Assembly: GCA_002269645.1 (NCBI GenBank)
Contig: NIVC01003639.1
Coordinates: forward strand, 22,279 to 86,278
Origin: Macrostomum lignano
Taxonomy: Eukaryota
Direction of reading: 5' to 3'
Length of the DNA stretch: 64,000 bases
The stretch's first letter is position 1; the number at the start of each line of letters is the position of its first letter. The position numbers and the translations under genes were made by a program. The notes under the pieces were generated by a model, which was not told where the DNA came from, searched no databases, and saw nothing but the letters and a program-made list of their open reading frames with translations. Below are positions 21,322 to 35,639 of the stretch, piece by piece.

Positions 21322-24215
21322 CTCATTTCTCAGCTCCATCATTTGCGGCCTGAGCTCGCACGCGCTGCCAGCCTGGTTGAATGTTGTCAGAGCGAACTGG
21401 TGATGATGCGAGCCGTTCGCCGGACCGCCGATCCCGCCGCAGAGCCTGCCGTAGGCTGCCGCTGACTCGGCCTCGTCGCACTGGCAGCAGCCACCGCCGC
21501 CGACTCCGCTGATGTCCTTGTCGCAGCCGACTCCGCAACCGCCCGAGCTGCTGCCGCCAGCCCGACATCCCGGCCCAGTTGCCATTAAGATGTCCCCGGC
21601 TGGCGAGATGTCGTAATCGTTTCCGCGTCCGCGACGCCGGACGCAGACGATGGCCAGGACCAGGACCACGCTGATCACCGCGGTGGCTATCACCATGGCA
21701 ACGATGATCGCCAGGTTGGCCTGTGCGTCGCGCAGCTGGCCGATGCCGTGGCCGGGAAGGCGCACCGCGTTGACAAGCAAGCGGGCGTAGGCCACGCGGT
21801 TGATCGGCCCGTTGTCGTCAGCGCGCAGGGACAGCTCGTACCTGCCCGGCTGCGGCGGGCGCAGCGGCCTCAGCCTGCCGGACAGCCGGTCCAGCGAGAA
21901 ACTCCACCGGATCCGCCCGCCAGCGAGTAGGTCACGTTGCTGAGCGAATCCCGGTCGCGAGCTTCAACTCGAGTGACCTCGACCAGGTCGCTAGAGAAAG
22001 TGTAGTTAACCACAAAGTCGGTGTTGCTTGGAAAAACCCATTCGGGATCGTTGTCGTTCTCGTCAACGAGTTCCACGGTGATGTGCGCCGTGGAGTTCAG
22101 CGGCTGCGGGGCGGCCCGGTTGTAAGCCATGACGGTGAGCGCGAACGATTCATAAGTCTCTCGGTCGAGGTGGCCGCGACTGGAGATGACGCCGTTCTCG
22201 CTGAGGCTAATCGGCCACTGGTTCGGATCGCTGAAGGCCACCTCAGGATCAAGCAGGGACCTGCGCGAGTCCAAGTAGTCCTTGACCGGGGGGCGCCTGC
22301 CGACCACGGAGAGCAGCCGGTAGAAGACGTCGGCGTTGATGCCCTGGTCCGGGTCCCGGTGAGCCAGTCGGTTCGCACCGGTTGGCCAGGACAGAGCTGG
22401 AGTCTCCATAGGGCAGTTCTCGCGCAGTCGGAACACCAGAGGCGGTTGGATTATCGGGGGATTATCGTTCACGTCAATCACACTGAGAGTGAGGGTGACG
22501 CTGGCGCTGTGCTGCGTGCCGTTGAAGCCTTGGGCGTCCCGCAGAACCACAACGAATTGCATGAGATCCCCGGTGCTCGGGTCCATCGTGTCTCTGTCTA
22601 CGGTGGACCGAACTCGCAGCTGCGCCTGGCCGACGGTGGCCGCCAGACCTTCGTCAAACAGCGACGCCTCAGTGCGCACCTCGAACAGGGCCATCGCCGC
22701 TGCGTCTTGCAGCTCGAAAGTCAACGAATCGTCCCTGTCACGATCCGTGGCCATCAGACTGAAGACCGACTCGCCAATGTTGTTCCCGCTGTTTCCGTAC
22801 GTCTCCTTCATCGCGTTGAAGTAGTTGGTCACGGAAAACTGCGGCTCGAACTCGTTGACGCCCCTGATGAACACCGGAACGTTTTGGCTGGAGTTCTGCA
22901 TCGGCTGGCCAAAGTCGCGACAGTCGATGCGCACGGAGATTTTGCGCCGCTCCTCGTAGTCGACGGCGACAACGAGCTTGAGGGTGTAGCCACCCTTGTC
23001 GCTGCCGTCCAGCTGAAAGAAGCGCCTCTCGGCGGGACTGCCGGCCAGTTTGCATTCGACCCGAGCGTTCTCGCCCAGATCGTCGTCGGAGACAACCACC
23101 AGAGCTAGATAGGCCGGTGCGACGTTCTCAGATATCACTATTCGGTCGCTGTTGTCTGTCATCGGTATGATGTTGATCGCTGGCTCGTGGTCATTCGCAT
23201 CGATGACGCGGAAGCTGAACTTGGCCAGAGTGCGCTTGCTGGGGTTGCCACCGTCCGAGACGAGCACCCCGACCTCGTAGCTGCTGCGAGTCTTCGCGTT
23301 CAACGGTCGTCGGAGTGTCACCCGGCCCGCCCGGTCCACGTCTAGCAGGTTGGCTAGTTCCGGGTCCAGGATGGCGAACTCCAGCCGACCGTTCGACCCG
23401 CTGTCCCTATCGTGCGCCTCGATGGTGGCCACCAGACCGCCGATGTTGAGCGTCTCCGGCACGTCCTGCACTCGCACCGCCGTCACGTTGGGCGCGTTAT
23501 CGTTGCGGTCCTTCACCTGCACGATGAGGCGCTGGTGGCCGCAGCGCGGCTCCCGACCGCCGTCGCAGGCAGTGAGGGTCAGGTTGTACTGTTTCTGCTC
23601 CTCGTAGTCAATCACAGGTGGGCTGGTGGGGTTCAGCACCAGGCTCAGGAAGCCCGGGATACTCGTGTCCAGAGCGAAAGCTCCACCACCGTTGTCAGTG
23701 AGGTAGTAGCTGCCCTTCCTCGCCATGCCGTTGTCCCCGATGTCAGCGTCCGTCGCCTGATCAAGCGGATGGCTGAACCGGGTGTCGCCCTCCTCGATTG
23801 ATAGCACCTTCTGTGCGTCCTTGAACACTGGCTCGTTGTCGTTGATGTCCTCGACGGTGATGCGGACCAGGACGCGGTCGGCTCCGCGAAAGGCGTTAAA
23901 CTCCACGACGCAGGGTGGCGAACCCGGACAGGCGGCCGGGTCCTCGCGGTCGATGGGCCGGCTGACCCGGACATGGCCGTCCTTGTCCACCGTGAAGTAG
24001 GGCGACTGAGGCACGATTCTGAAGGTGCCACCGCCGCCGCCCAGACTCTTCAAGAGGTTGCCGATGCTGGCCTGGCTGGGCGTCTCCTCCGCCACGCTGA
24101 AGGCAACGTCTGCGGCTGTCCGCACGGGGCTGGGGCGGCCAAGGCTTAGCAGGATGAAGAGGAGAGCAACATCGGAGCCTGATTTGATGAGGCCGAGAGG
24201 CTGAGGCGGTCGCAT
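21322..24215 (-). CDS. Protocadherin large exon: signal peptide, 7 cadherin repeats, TM and juxtamembrane region (one frameshift near 21900)
   Basis: Repeated DxNDNxP and DxD motifs; ORF 21870-24215 continues in another frame (FSLDRLSGRL...YELSLRADDNG) into the TM-encoding ORF 21223-21795; donor GAG|GTGAGC at 21322/21321. Confidence 0.9.
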
Positions 24216-26489
24216 GACTGCCTCTGAGCTGCCGATCGGGTTATTTTTAGCGAGTCTTTGTCAGGGTTTGGCTGAGTTCTGAAAGGATAGGAGACATCGA
24301 ACGAATTGCTTTTAAATTCAGGCGATCTTTCAATATCTGAATTTAGTCTGTACTTTTATTCGCTGAAACCTATGAAGAACGGGAGCTTACGAGCTACTGG
24401 GATAAAAGCCGGGAGACGGTGAGGCTTGCCACTAAAAAAATAACAAAGCTAATGAGTGCGCTAATTTGCAGTGACAGTGCTGCAGCTGGCGATGATGTGG
24501 GTGTGTTGAAGCCTCCGCAGTCCCCACTACCAGTTGCTGACAGCAGATCCTCTCGTTTATGGAATCGCATCTTAACAACAGCAAACAGCAGCTAAACAGG
24601 ATTTCCTTCAGCGGAAAAAACCCGAGGTAGGTGGGACTGAAAGACGGATTCTGCATCAGGCTTTGGGCTTTGGCTTTTAACTTTGTCAATTTCCTGTAGA
24701 AATTTGTCCTCTACTAAAATAAAAAGACAACAAACGATTTCGCTAGATAGTTTGACTTCAAGGAAAACAATACGGACAAAGTGTGCAACTGCCTGGGGGT
24801 TGAGCGGTCGCACCGGCCGACTTAGCGACACAGTTCTTGCCTGGCCGGATGGCGGCAGCCGGAAGTGAGACCAAATGGGAGAGGATTAGAAGGACGTCGG
24901 ATTGGGAGAGAAGCATCGAGACGCAGACAGACAGACGGGGAGGGGAGGGAAGTGCTGTTCTCACACTTGAACGAGCAGTTCACAGGAATTTTTAATCAAC
25001 TGTGAATGAGCGCAGGCTGGCAGACGGACAAGTAAGCGAGGCCAGCGGTCAATCCAGGCTGGACCTGGCATATTATGATTAGCTCAGAGGCCTCTAACAG
25101 AGCTGACCTGCTCTGATGGCAGCTGATTTTCACGTGCTCTCTGACGCGGAAATCAAGTCCCAGCCTAAGCGTCTCGGCTGCTTGGATTTGCAATGTGAGC
25201 GAGAGAGAGAGAGAGAAATCTTCTCCTAGAAGAAGCAGAGAGGCAAGAAGAGAGCCACCGCCCGCCTCCCCCCCCCCTGTCACAATTCGGCGGCAGCGTG
25301 TATTTGAGCAGCTTAATTGGCTCTCAAGTGGCTGATTGCGCAACGGGTCGACAGCAGGGGAGGGGGCGCAGGTCGCACAGGCCGAGAGATCAAGCGAGGA
25401 GATTGCAGCTTCGAGCTCCAATTTAGGCATTTGCGGCCTGGCAACTGATCATTGTCTCGGGTCTCAAGGCTTTATGGGCTGCCGCCTATGGAGGGGCGAC
25501 CAAGCGGAGACGGGAGAGCACAGGAGGAAAGTGTAGCGTTGCTGAGCCTAGAGGAAGAAGAGCCCAATTAAGAGTCTTGGCTTGTTGAAAAGATTTTTTT
25601 CTTTCAATTTCTAGAGACCTCCAGAGCGCGCCATACAAGGAGGCAAATGGGGATTGCTGAAGCTGTGTTTGTTGAGATAACACGCCCGCCAAGCCCCAGC
25701 AGCAGAAGAGACCACCGAGCCCATGTTGAAACACTTTCCCCGCTAATTTTTCCTTGTTAAAAAGAAGTGGCAAGGCTGTGAGACTGACAGGTGCAACAAA
25801 CCAACACCCGCTGGGAGAAATCTGAGGAGACTGCAAACTTGTTTCGTCTTGTTTTGAAAAGGTGGAACAGGACCTGTGCGGGACCGGTTTCGGATTCCCT
25901 GCAGCCAAAGCACGGATAAAGTGTTTCACAAAATCCCACAGACTCAGATATTTATCAGCGGACAGGATTGGTTGTTGACGAATACAGGCCACTTGAAACT
26001 GAACTTGACACGAATGCTGTTGCATAACAACCGGCCTGACACTCCAGGGAAGCCAGCCGTTGGCTTCGCCGGGAATAAAGAAACACCTCAAACCAGACAA
26101 TGAAAGGTCAACGCGTCCGTTCTCGCGTCTCATTGATGGGACGTCTGTCTCAAAGCGTAACTCCCCAAGTGATTGGCAGTCTCTCTAATTGTCCCCTCTG
26201 CTGCACGGGGTCGGGAACTCTCCCACTGGCTAAGCGAGGCCGCGACCCCAACAGCAGCAGCGGCAGCAGCTAACCGATTCTCTAGCAGGCCAACGCCATC
26301 CATCCACAGATTTGGCCACTTGACCCGATGTTGATGACAGCTGAAGGAGCTGCGGGTTGAACTGCCGTGACTTCCCCGTTCAGTCTCTACAGCTCTGCGC
26401 GCGCAAAGGGTTCAAGTCATTGGTTAGTTCTGCGCCTGGCAATCTAAACTATGGCAATCCAGTTCGCCTGGGTAAGGCATTAATTAGTT

Positions 26490-27161
<672 letters not shown>

Positions 27162-27739
27162 TTATCTTCTCGGCTGTGTTCCCTCTCTCTCCCTCCCTCG
27201 CATCGATAGGACCTGAGCACAGTCGAGTGAGCAGACAGACAGCAGATGAAAAATATTTCACTAACTAACCAACGGTAACGAGCCCGTAGAGAAGAAATTC
27301 CATCGCCGTTTCGAGCAACTTCTGCTGCAGCAGCCACTGAGGAGGAAAAAGTCCGCGCCACTCCCAACCGATCGATGCCCGAAGCGACCCCGCGGTGAAG
27401 CGCTGCATCCGTACTGGTGCGGCTAACACAGACTCCCAGAGCAGTCTGATGCAGCGGCACTGCTCAGTCACTGCTCAGCCAGCAGCTCGATACAGAAATC
27501 AATTTGCAGTTTAGAACTTTGGCTTAACAATGGGACCGAGTTATTCGATTTCTTGAACGTTTTTTCTTCTAATTCAGAAGGTAGCGCTTGCGGCATGGGA
27601 GTTGGACTTTTGTCACGGCTTCCACAGCGCCGATGCTGGGGTGATTCAACAGAATTAGCCTAATTTTCAGTGCACTTTTGTGAATTAAGGAATTTTCATA
27701 TTTTGCTCATTTTCACTCTGATAGGCGAAGGTTTACTTT

Positions 27740-28393
27740 GAGAGTGAGATGCACACACTGGGAGAGTGAGATGCACACAGTGAAGGAGAGTGAGATGCAC
27801 ACACTGCAGGAGAGTGGGATGCACACAGTGAAGGAGAGTGAGATGCACACACTGCAGAAGAGTGAGATGCACACACCGCAGGAGAGTGAGATGCACACAC
27901 TGGGAGAGTGAGATGCACACAGTGAAGGAGAGTGAGATGCACACACTGCAGGAGAGTGGGATGCACACAGTGAAGGAGAGTGAGATGCACACACTGCAGG
28001 AGAGTGGGATGCACACAGTGAAGGAGAGTGAGATGCACACACTGCAGAAGAGTGAGATGCACACACCGCAGGAGAGTGAGATGCACACACTGGGAGAGTG
28101 AGATGCACACAGTGAAGGAGAGTGAGATGCACACACTGCAGGAGAGTGGGATGCACACAGTGAAGGAGAGTGAGATGCACACACTGCAGGAGAGTGGGAT
28201 GCACACAGTGAAGGAGAGTGAGATGCACACACTGCAGAAGAGTGAGATGCACACACCGCAGGAGAGTGAGATGCACACACTGGGAGAGTGAGATGCACAC
28301 AGTGAAGGAGAGTGAGATGCACACACTGCAGGAGAGTGGGATGCACACAGTGAAGGAGAGTGAGATGCACACAGTGAAGGAGAGTGAGATGCA
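27740..28393. repeat. 22-24 bp minisatellite with a 190 bp higher-order repeat
   Basis: GAGAGTGAGATGCACACA.. monomers; identical ORF starts at 27838, 28028 and 28218; 190 = 7x24 + 22. Confidence 0.92.
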
Positions 28394-29140
28394 GACCGGT
28401 AGGCAGACAGTTGTCATTCCTGTAAAACAATGCCCAAAAGCCACCTGCACCCAACCCGTAAGTCCCAAAGCTTGCCATGCTGATGAATGCTCAGGCCTGA
28501 GGTAGAAACCAAATTTAATATTCAGCTGAGCACTGGGGGGACACGGAAATGATGAGCAGAGAGTAGAGGGGGGTGGCGCACCACCAGTTGCTTCCATATC
28601 ACAGCGGCGTGAGTTCCATCTCGCAGAAGGTAAACTTTTTACAAGCAATCGTGTTGCTGCAGGACCAGAATTTTACCAATCGTTTGCAAGCTGACGTGTT
28701 TGGCCTCATCCTATTGAAATTATTTTATTCTAAAAACTCAGTTAGAGGGCTATGGCGCGGAGGTGGAGCTTGGGGTGGGTTTGCATGATTGATGCAGCTG
28801 GGACTACTAGTCTACTACATCGGAGTGGGCCTGCAGCTCGCTGTTTCCTACCAACATTTTTATCCATCTGTTTAATGCTGGCAAGATTGATGAATTAAAA
28901 ATTTGAATGCTTCTGAAACTGGGCGACTCTCCATTCGTTTTGACACTAATGAGAACAATTATAGGATATCGAGAGAAGGGAGAGAGTTGATGGCGATAAT
29001 GCCGTTGCCTGCCGATATGTTGCGTTGCATGGTTATTTTTTCGGGGTGGGCAATCAGGCAGACACTCACACAGGGCCAACTGTCCGCGCTCAATCCAAAA
29101 TGAATTTGGCCAAGCCGCCGAATCGTACCCGGGACCTTTA

Positions 29141-29798
<658 letters not shown>

Positions 29799-30312
29799 TA
29801 CGATGTCGTATGCTCCAATTTAGCAACCTATTTCCCGAGTAAATTGAATCAAGCGACTTTTTGCTAATTTTTCTCGCTCTGTTGCGTAACTCCAGCCGGC
29901 ACCAGCTACCGAGATTTTGGGATTCAAGCGGCCAGGCTGTGGTCGCGAGGGTAAAAGTAACTTTTTTGCTAATTGCTCCGCTCCTGGCTGCACCTAACAA
30001 GGCCAATTGTCTGTCTGCTCCCCAGAAGCAGAGTCTGAGTAGCTGAGTCCGGCTTGTTGTTGGCAAACAGTGCCGCCAACTGGTCTGGGTGGGGATATGA
30101 AATACAGAAATCCACCCGATTCCCGTGGGACACTGGGCTCGGTCTGAGTCACTCCGAGTCCGAGCTCGGAGGTAGCGAACGGGAAAATATTTGCCCGGAG
30201 ACCCGGCGGCTGATGGGGGGGGGAATTCCTGACAGAAATTGTCCCAAAGTTAGCATAAATCGGTAGTAACGGGTGCTGGGAGTTGCCTCTGATTGCTTGA
30301 GAATTTTGCCCT

Positions 30313-30990
30313 TGTGTCTGTCTCAGTGTCTGTCTCAGTGTCTGTCCCAGTGTCTGTCTCAGTGTCTGTCTCAGTGTCTGTCCCAGTGTCTGTCCCAGTG
30401 TCTGTCTCAGTGTCTGTCTCAATGTCTGTCTCAGTGTCTGTCCCAGTGTCTGTCTCAGTGTCTGTCTCAGTGTCTGTCTCAGTGTCTGTCTCAGTGTCTG
30501 TCTCAGTGTCTGCCTCAGTGTCTGTCCCAGTGTCTGTCTCAGTGTCTGTCCCAGTGTCTGTCTCAGTGTCTGCCTCAGTGTCTGTCCCAGTGTCTGTCTC
30601 AGTGTCTGTCTCAGTGTCTGTCCCAGTGTCTGTCTCAGTGTCTGTCTCAGTGTCTGTCCCAGTGTCTGTCTCAGTGTCTGTCTCAGTGTCTGCCTCAGTG
30701 TCTGTCTCAGTGTCTGTCTCAGTGTCTGTCTCAGTGTCTGTCTCAGTGTCTGTCTCAGTGTCTGTCTCAGTGTCTGTCTCAGTGTCTGTCCCAGTGTCTG
30801 TCTCAGTGTCTGTCTCAGTGTCTGTCCCAGTGTCTGTCTCAGTGTCTGTCTCAGTGTCTGCCTCAGTGTCTGTCTCAGTGTCTGTCTCAGTGTCTGTCTC
30901 AGTGTCTGTCTCAGTGTCTGCCTCAGTGTCTGCCTTAGTGTCTGTCTCAGTGTCTGTCTCAGTGTCTGTCTCAGTGTCTGCCTTAGTGTC
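30313..30990. repeat. 12 bp minisatellite (AGTGTCTGTCTC), ~56 copies
   Basis: 4-aa periodic ORFs (QTLR, DTET). Confidence 0.97.
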
Positions 30991-32033
30991 TGATTGTCTC
31001 CGACGTGACCACCCACTTTCAGCAAAAGCAGGAGGGAGCCGCAGGGGCGGGGAATAGACAGGGCCTGGACTGTTTAGCAGCGAACGCCCTCCCCTGAATT
31101 GGATTGAACTGAGCGAAGACAGCGCAGGGCAGAGGATCGGTCTCAAAAGCTTATTCTGTTTATTCCATTTCAATATTTCTCCCGAGAGCGCCTCTGGCAC
31201 ATTGACAAGCATGCGATGTGCATGCGTTCTTCTTTCTCCGCTCCCCTAGAAGAAGAACCGCGCCAATGACTCTAGGCAAGCCAGCAAAACTAATAAACAT
31301 AATTGGGGCTGCAGAATCCCTCCGCAGACGGCGCCAAAGCCCGTTCGAGACTTGTGGGATTTCAATTCTCTTAGACGCCCAAAACTCTGAGCTGAGCGCG
31401 TGTCGCCGGCCTCCCCGCTTATTCCTCGGGCCAGAGGCTCGACCGGCTTCGTTAGGCAGTTAAAAACGGCCGCGCTCTCCCTATGGGATATTTTTCCCCA
31501 CGGGGGCGATTACGGCATCTCTGTGGAGGGGGGGGATGGAGGGCAAAGGGGGGCTCTGACCCCATGCTACTGCATTGGCTGGCGAGAGTCAAGTGTTGAC
31601 CAGCTGACTTCGGAGACTCACTGGAACTGCTCAGGCAGCCCGCTGCCCACTGTTCCCCAGTAGAAATCCCAAATTTTAACCCCCCCCCCATCCATCATCC
31701 CGTCGCCGGGTTTCATAGGCAATTTCTTGAATTGATTCGAGAAGGCGGGGGGACTGACCGGATTAACATAAGGCTGCCGACCCCCCGCTCCCTCAATAGC
31801 TGAGGGTGTTTATTATAAGTTAAACGGCCGCGTGTCACTTTATAATGTATTCGAATTTGAAATAGTCAAAAACTCGAATTTAAATTGACTATTGCGTCCA
31901 GCATTTTATTGCGTCACTTTTGCCGGAGGGTTCGGTTTGGGGTTCGGGGGGGGGGGGAATTGAGAGTTGGGAAATTTATTTGCGGTGAGAGAGGGATCGA
32001 GAACGGCTACAAACAGTCCGAGATGTCTGAAAA

Positions 32034-32685
32034 GGTCAGGGAGGGTCGGGGTGCCTCCGGCTCCTCTCTCGGCCCCGAACCTCTTGTCCCGATTCCTGGC
32101 TGTGTCATCGACTCGCGCATCAAAGCGTGGATCAGGACTCAGCACCGCTCGACTTGGGCGAACCGCACGAACTGCAGGCAATCCAGAGGCGCTGTCCCTC
32201 AGCCCTCTCACCAGCTCCGGAAGCTCCTCTTGCGCCTCTCGCGCAGAGACATCCGGGCTGCCACCATGACCCTCTCTGGTCACGGCTGCTTCTCCAGGCA
32301 CCAGCACCTGCAGGGCAACGCCACCAACGCCACCTGTAGCTTCTGCAACTCAGGTGACGAAACCGCTGAGCATTTCGTCAGCATCTGTCCCGCCTTCACG
32401 CGGGCCAGACTCACTTACCTCGGGCCACACACATCTATTACTGAAGCGTGCAAACCCGAAAACTTTAATCAGCTCATGCGCTACCTTCGGGCCACCCGCA
32501 GGGCTGAACTCTCCTTTCCAGAGAGCACCATAGCTGCTGGCGACACTGGGGGACCTCCCTGGGCGGCGCCAACCCTCCGTCCATAGCGACGCGTCGGCCG
32601 TTCAGGGACTAGCGGAATGGGCGCCCGCGCCTTCCCGCTGTGTCCCCTCCGGGACAGCCCTGCAGCTAAGTCAAAGTAAGTCAAG
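32034..32685 (+). mobile_element. 5'-truncated non-LTR retrotransposon 3' end (R1/LOA-like ORF2 C-terminus)
   Basis: GPEPLVPIPG..IKAWIRTQHRSTW...TLSGHGCFSRHQHLQG..CSFCNSGDETAEHFVSIC (CCHC finger); stop at 32586, short 3' UTR, TAAGTCAAAGTAAGTCAA tail. Confidence 0.82.
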
Positions 32686-33326
32686 AGAGGGTCAGCGAGG
32701 GTTGAGTAGGGTTAGAGAGGGTCAGCGAGGGTTGAGTAGGGTTAGAGAGGGTCAGGGAGGGTTGAGTAGGGTTAGAGAGGGTCAGCGAGGGTTGAGTAGG
32801 GTTAGAGAGGGTCAGCGAGGGTTGAGTAGGGTTAGAGAGGGTCAGCGAGGGTTGAGTAGGGTTAGAGAGGGTCAGGGAGGGTTGAGTAGGGTTAGAGAGG
32901 GTCAGCGAGGGTTGAGTAGGGTTAGAGAGGGTCAGCGAGGGTTGAGTAGGGTTAGAGAGGGTCAGCGAGGGTTGAGTAGGGTTAGAGAGGGTCAGGGAGG
33001 GTTGAGTAGGGTTAGAGAGGGTCAGCGAGGGTTGAGTAGGGTTAGAGAGGGTCAGGGAGGGTTGAGTAGGGTTAGAGAGGGTCAGGGAGGGTTGAGTAGG
33101 GTTAGAGAGGGTCAGCGAGGGTTGAGTAGGGTTAGAGAGGGTCAGGGAGGGTTGAGTAGGGTTAGAGAGGGTCAGGGAGGGTTGAGTAGGGTTAGAGAGG
33201 GTCAGCGAGGGTTGAGTAGGGTTAGAGAGGGTCAGGGAGGGTCGGGTAGGGTTAGAGAGGGTCAGCGAGGGTTGAGTAGGGTTAGAGTGGGTCAGGGAGG
33301 GTTGAGTAGGGTTAGAGAGGGTCAGA
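32686..33326. repeat. 30 bp G-rich telomere-like minisatellite (GGGTTGAGTA GGGTTAGAGA GGGTCAGCGA), ~21 copies
   Basis: 3x10 bp substructure; GGG every 10 nt; contains TAGGGTTAG. Confidence 0.96.
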
Positions 33327-35639
33327 GAGTACATGTGAGATTTCGGGTAGTCAAGACAGACATTGACATCAGTGCAACATAATTTTAAAATTTGAAATTG
33401 ACGATAAGCGAGATATTCAGATCGATCGGCCTCATTGCTGTTGCAGTGTTGCAGATGTTGCTATAATGTGAAGCAAATTAATCTAGCCAATCACAAAGGG
33501 GCCACAGCACAGGCCATTGTCCCAGTCGAGACGGAACACTCGATGCCAAGAAAGGCCAGCAACGCTACAGAGTTAATGATATAAAATTACAGATTGCAGG
33601 CCAGAAATTCAAGCTTAGCAGTCTAGAATTCACATTTAGGAAGCCATTGAGTTGTCTCCACAAGACTGCCTGAGCTGCCTTTATGAAAGGATGATGACGG
33701 CGCCCAATTTCAAGGCAAATTCTTTTGCAACAATCTTCACTGGGGACGGGTTCTGCTGCTCAAACAGCAACCGAAAAACCTTTTTGATGCATTTTCTCCA
33801 TTAGATAAGACAGAAAACAGAGGATGGAATCATGAGAAGAATTCCTGACCTCCCCAGGGGAGAAGCAAAGTGCAATTTTTATAGAAATCTGTCCACAAGT
33901 GTAGCTAAATGGTGTTTTTCTCCACGCTATCCGTGATTTGCACTCACAAATCTGGTCAAATATCGAATTGCAGTGATTGGGGTAAGAGTGACAAGCCAGG
34001 CTCTTTGCTGCAGTTAAGAGTACTAACCATCTCAGGAAGTGCATTTCACAATTCCATAATTCATAGGTACCGATCTTCACATGGGCAGATTTTACTAGCC
34101 TGACTACTCATCAACTGGGGTGGAGAGAACTATCAAGCGGGCGATAAGACCTGAGGCATGGATTCAACCACCTCGCATGACCCCCGAAATACCTACGAGT
34201 AGATCGAGTGATTGGGATTGAATACGCGGATGGAGGCGTTGAAGCAGGTCTACCCTGCCCTCAGACTGGGAGATGCCTGAACACTGCATGTGTACCCTTT
34301 CAATCCTCTCATGCTATGCAGCTAGTAGGAATGCCAGCCATCAAAAGTGTTGGAGAATTGCAGCGTGTCGGGAAGGTGGGAAATAAAAGAGAAAAGGCTC
34401 GACTGCTGTAGTAGGAGAGAGAGGCCGGGCCCGCCTGATGCAGGAAACTTCAGGTGAGAGAGGGAGATGAAGAGCGGGCCAGGGGATCTGCAGGTGGTTG
34501 ACTTCCGCGGCCCGGGGGAGGGGGGGGGAGGGCAGGGATTGTCTAAAGTGGTTGCGCCCGCGGTGTGCGCAAGAAGGTTGTTTACACCGAAAACACGAGC
34601 GGATCGCAGCCCCCCCCCCCTGCCCAGCTTCCTGGGGTCAGAGAACTGGCGGTGCGTGGAAAAAATTGGAACAAAAAATTGCCTGATAATTTTTTCCTAA
34701 GGATTTTTACCCCCCCCCCAAAGGCGCACGGAGATTGTGGGCTGGGGGTCTGGTACTAGGGCGTGGACCAGTTCTGCTGAGAAACCCGAGTCGGTCTGGG
34801 AGATGGTGCTGGTGCTGACTGGTGCTCGCTCGCACAAAGGAAAACGGTTTTTTTGCGATAAAGCGAAGCTGCAGAGCTGAGTAGATGGAGTCACAGAGGT
34901 CTCCGGTTTCTCATCCCAGCCCTGCAGTCGGAGTGCTAGGAAAAATCTGAATCTGAAGACCCTCGCCTGCTCTGAATTGAGTAGATGAGTCAGTCAGGTG
35001 ATCATCAATCTATTATTGGAATTTCTACTGAAATTTACCGAGAGAAATCTGTAAGTTAAGCATTGTTGAACACGGTTAGTGCAACAGATGAATAGCTAAT
35101 CCCAAATTAACAGTTTCGTGGCTCATCAACTTTCTGTTGGAATACTAAGATCTAGTTCAAGTCAAAACTAATCCCTTTTAGTGGTTTCCAGTCCTGTGAA
35201 CTTAATGGTCCATGATCTACAGACTCTGTAGGAAACAGCATAAAAGACGTAAGGGACAATTCATCAGGATTGGGAAGAACTGCGACAAGAGGCTGATAAA
35301 ATCCCATCACGTTGCTGCCAGAGGTGCCAGCTGCACCCCGCAGCAGCCAGCCAGCCTCCCAAGAGAGCCGGGGAATGCAGGAGAAGAGGAAGTGGCAAAT
35401 TACGGTTTCGTCTGAGGTGCGGGTGAATCAGGGACAAGTTGACAGAGAAGGATTTCCTGTAGAAAGCTGAGCACATGAGCTCAGAAGTCAGTAGAGCTGA
35501 TGCCGCAACTGTGGGTGCAAAGCGCTTTTTGGGGAACCCATTTGGGATTCGTGCACAATCTTACTGTAAAGGAAGGTTTTAATGCAGTTTTTCGATTTTA
35601 TTAATCCAAAGAGCTGCATATGCTCACTTGCGGTACGCA

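Noticed and set aside
21748-24031. Plus-strand and alternative-frame ORFs overlapping the protocadherin (for example 22083-23108)
   Set aside because: Shadow ORFs of a GC-rich coding exon; no recognisable motifs.
28480-28520. CTGATGA...GAAAC second hammerhead candidate
   Set aside because: Stem II is weak, and no NUH/stem III or stem I partner follows GAAAC.
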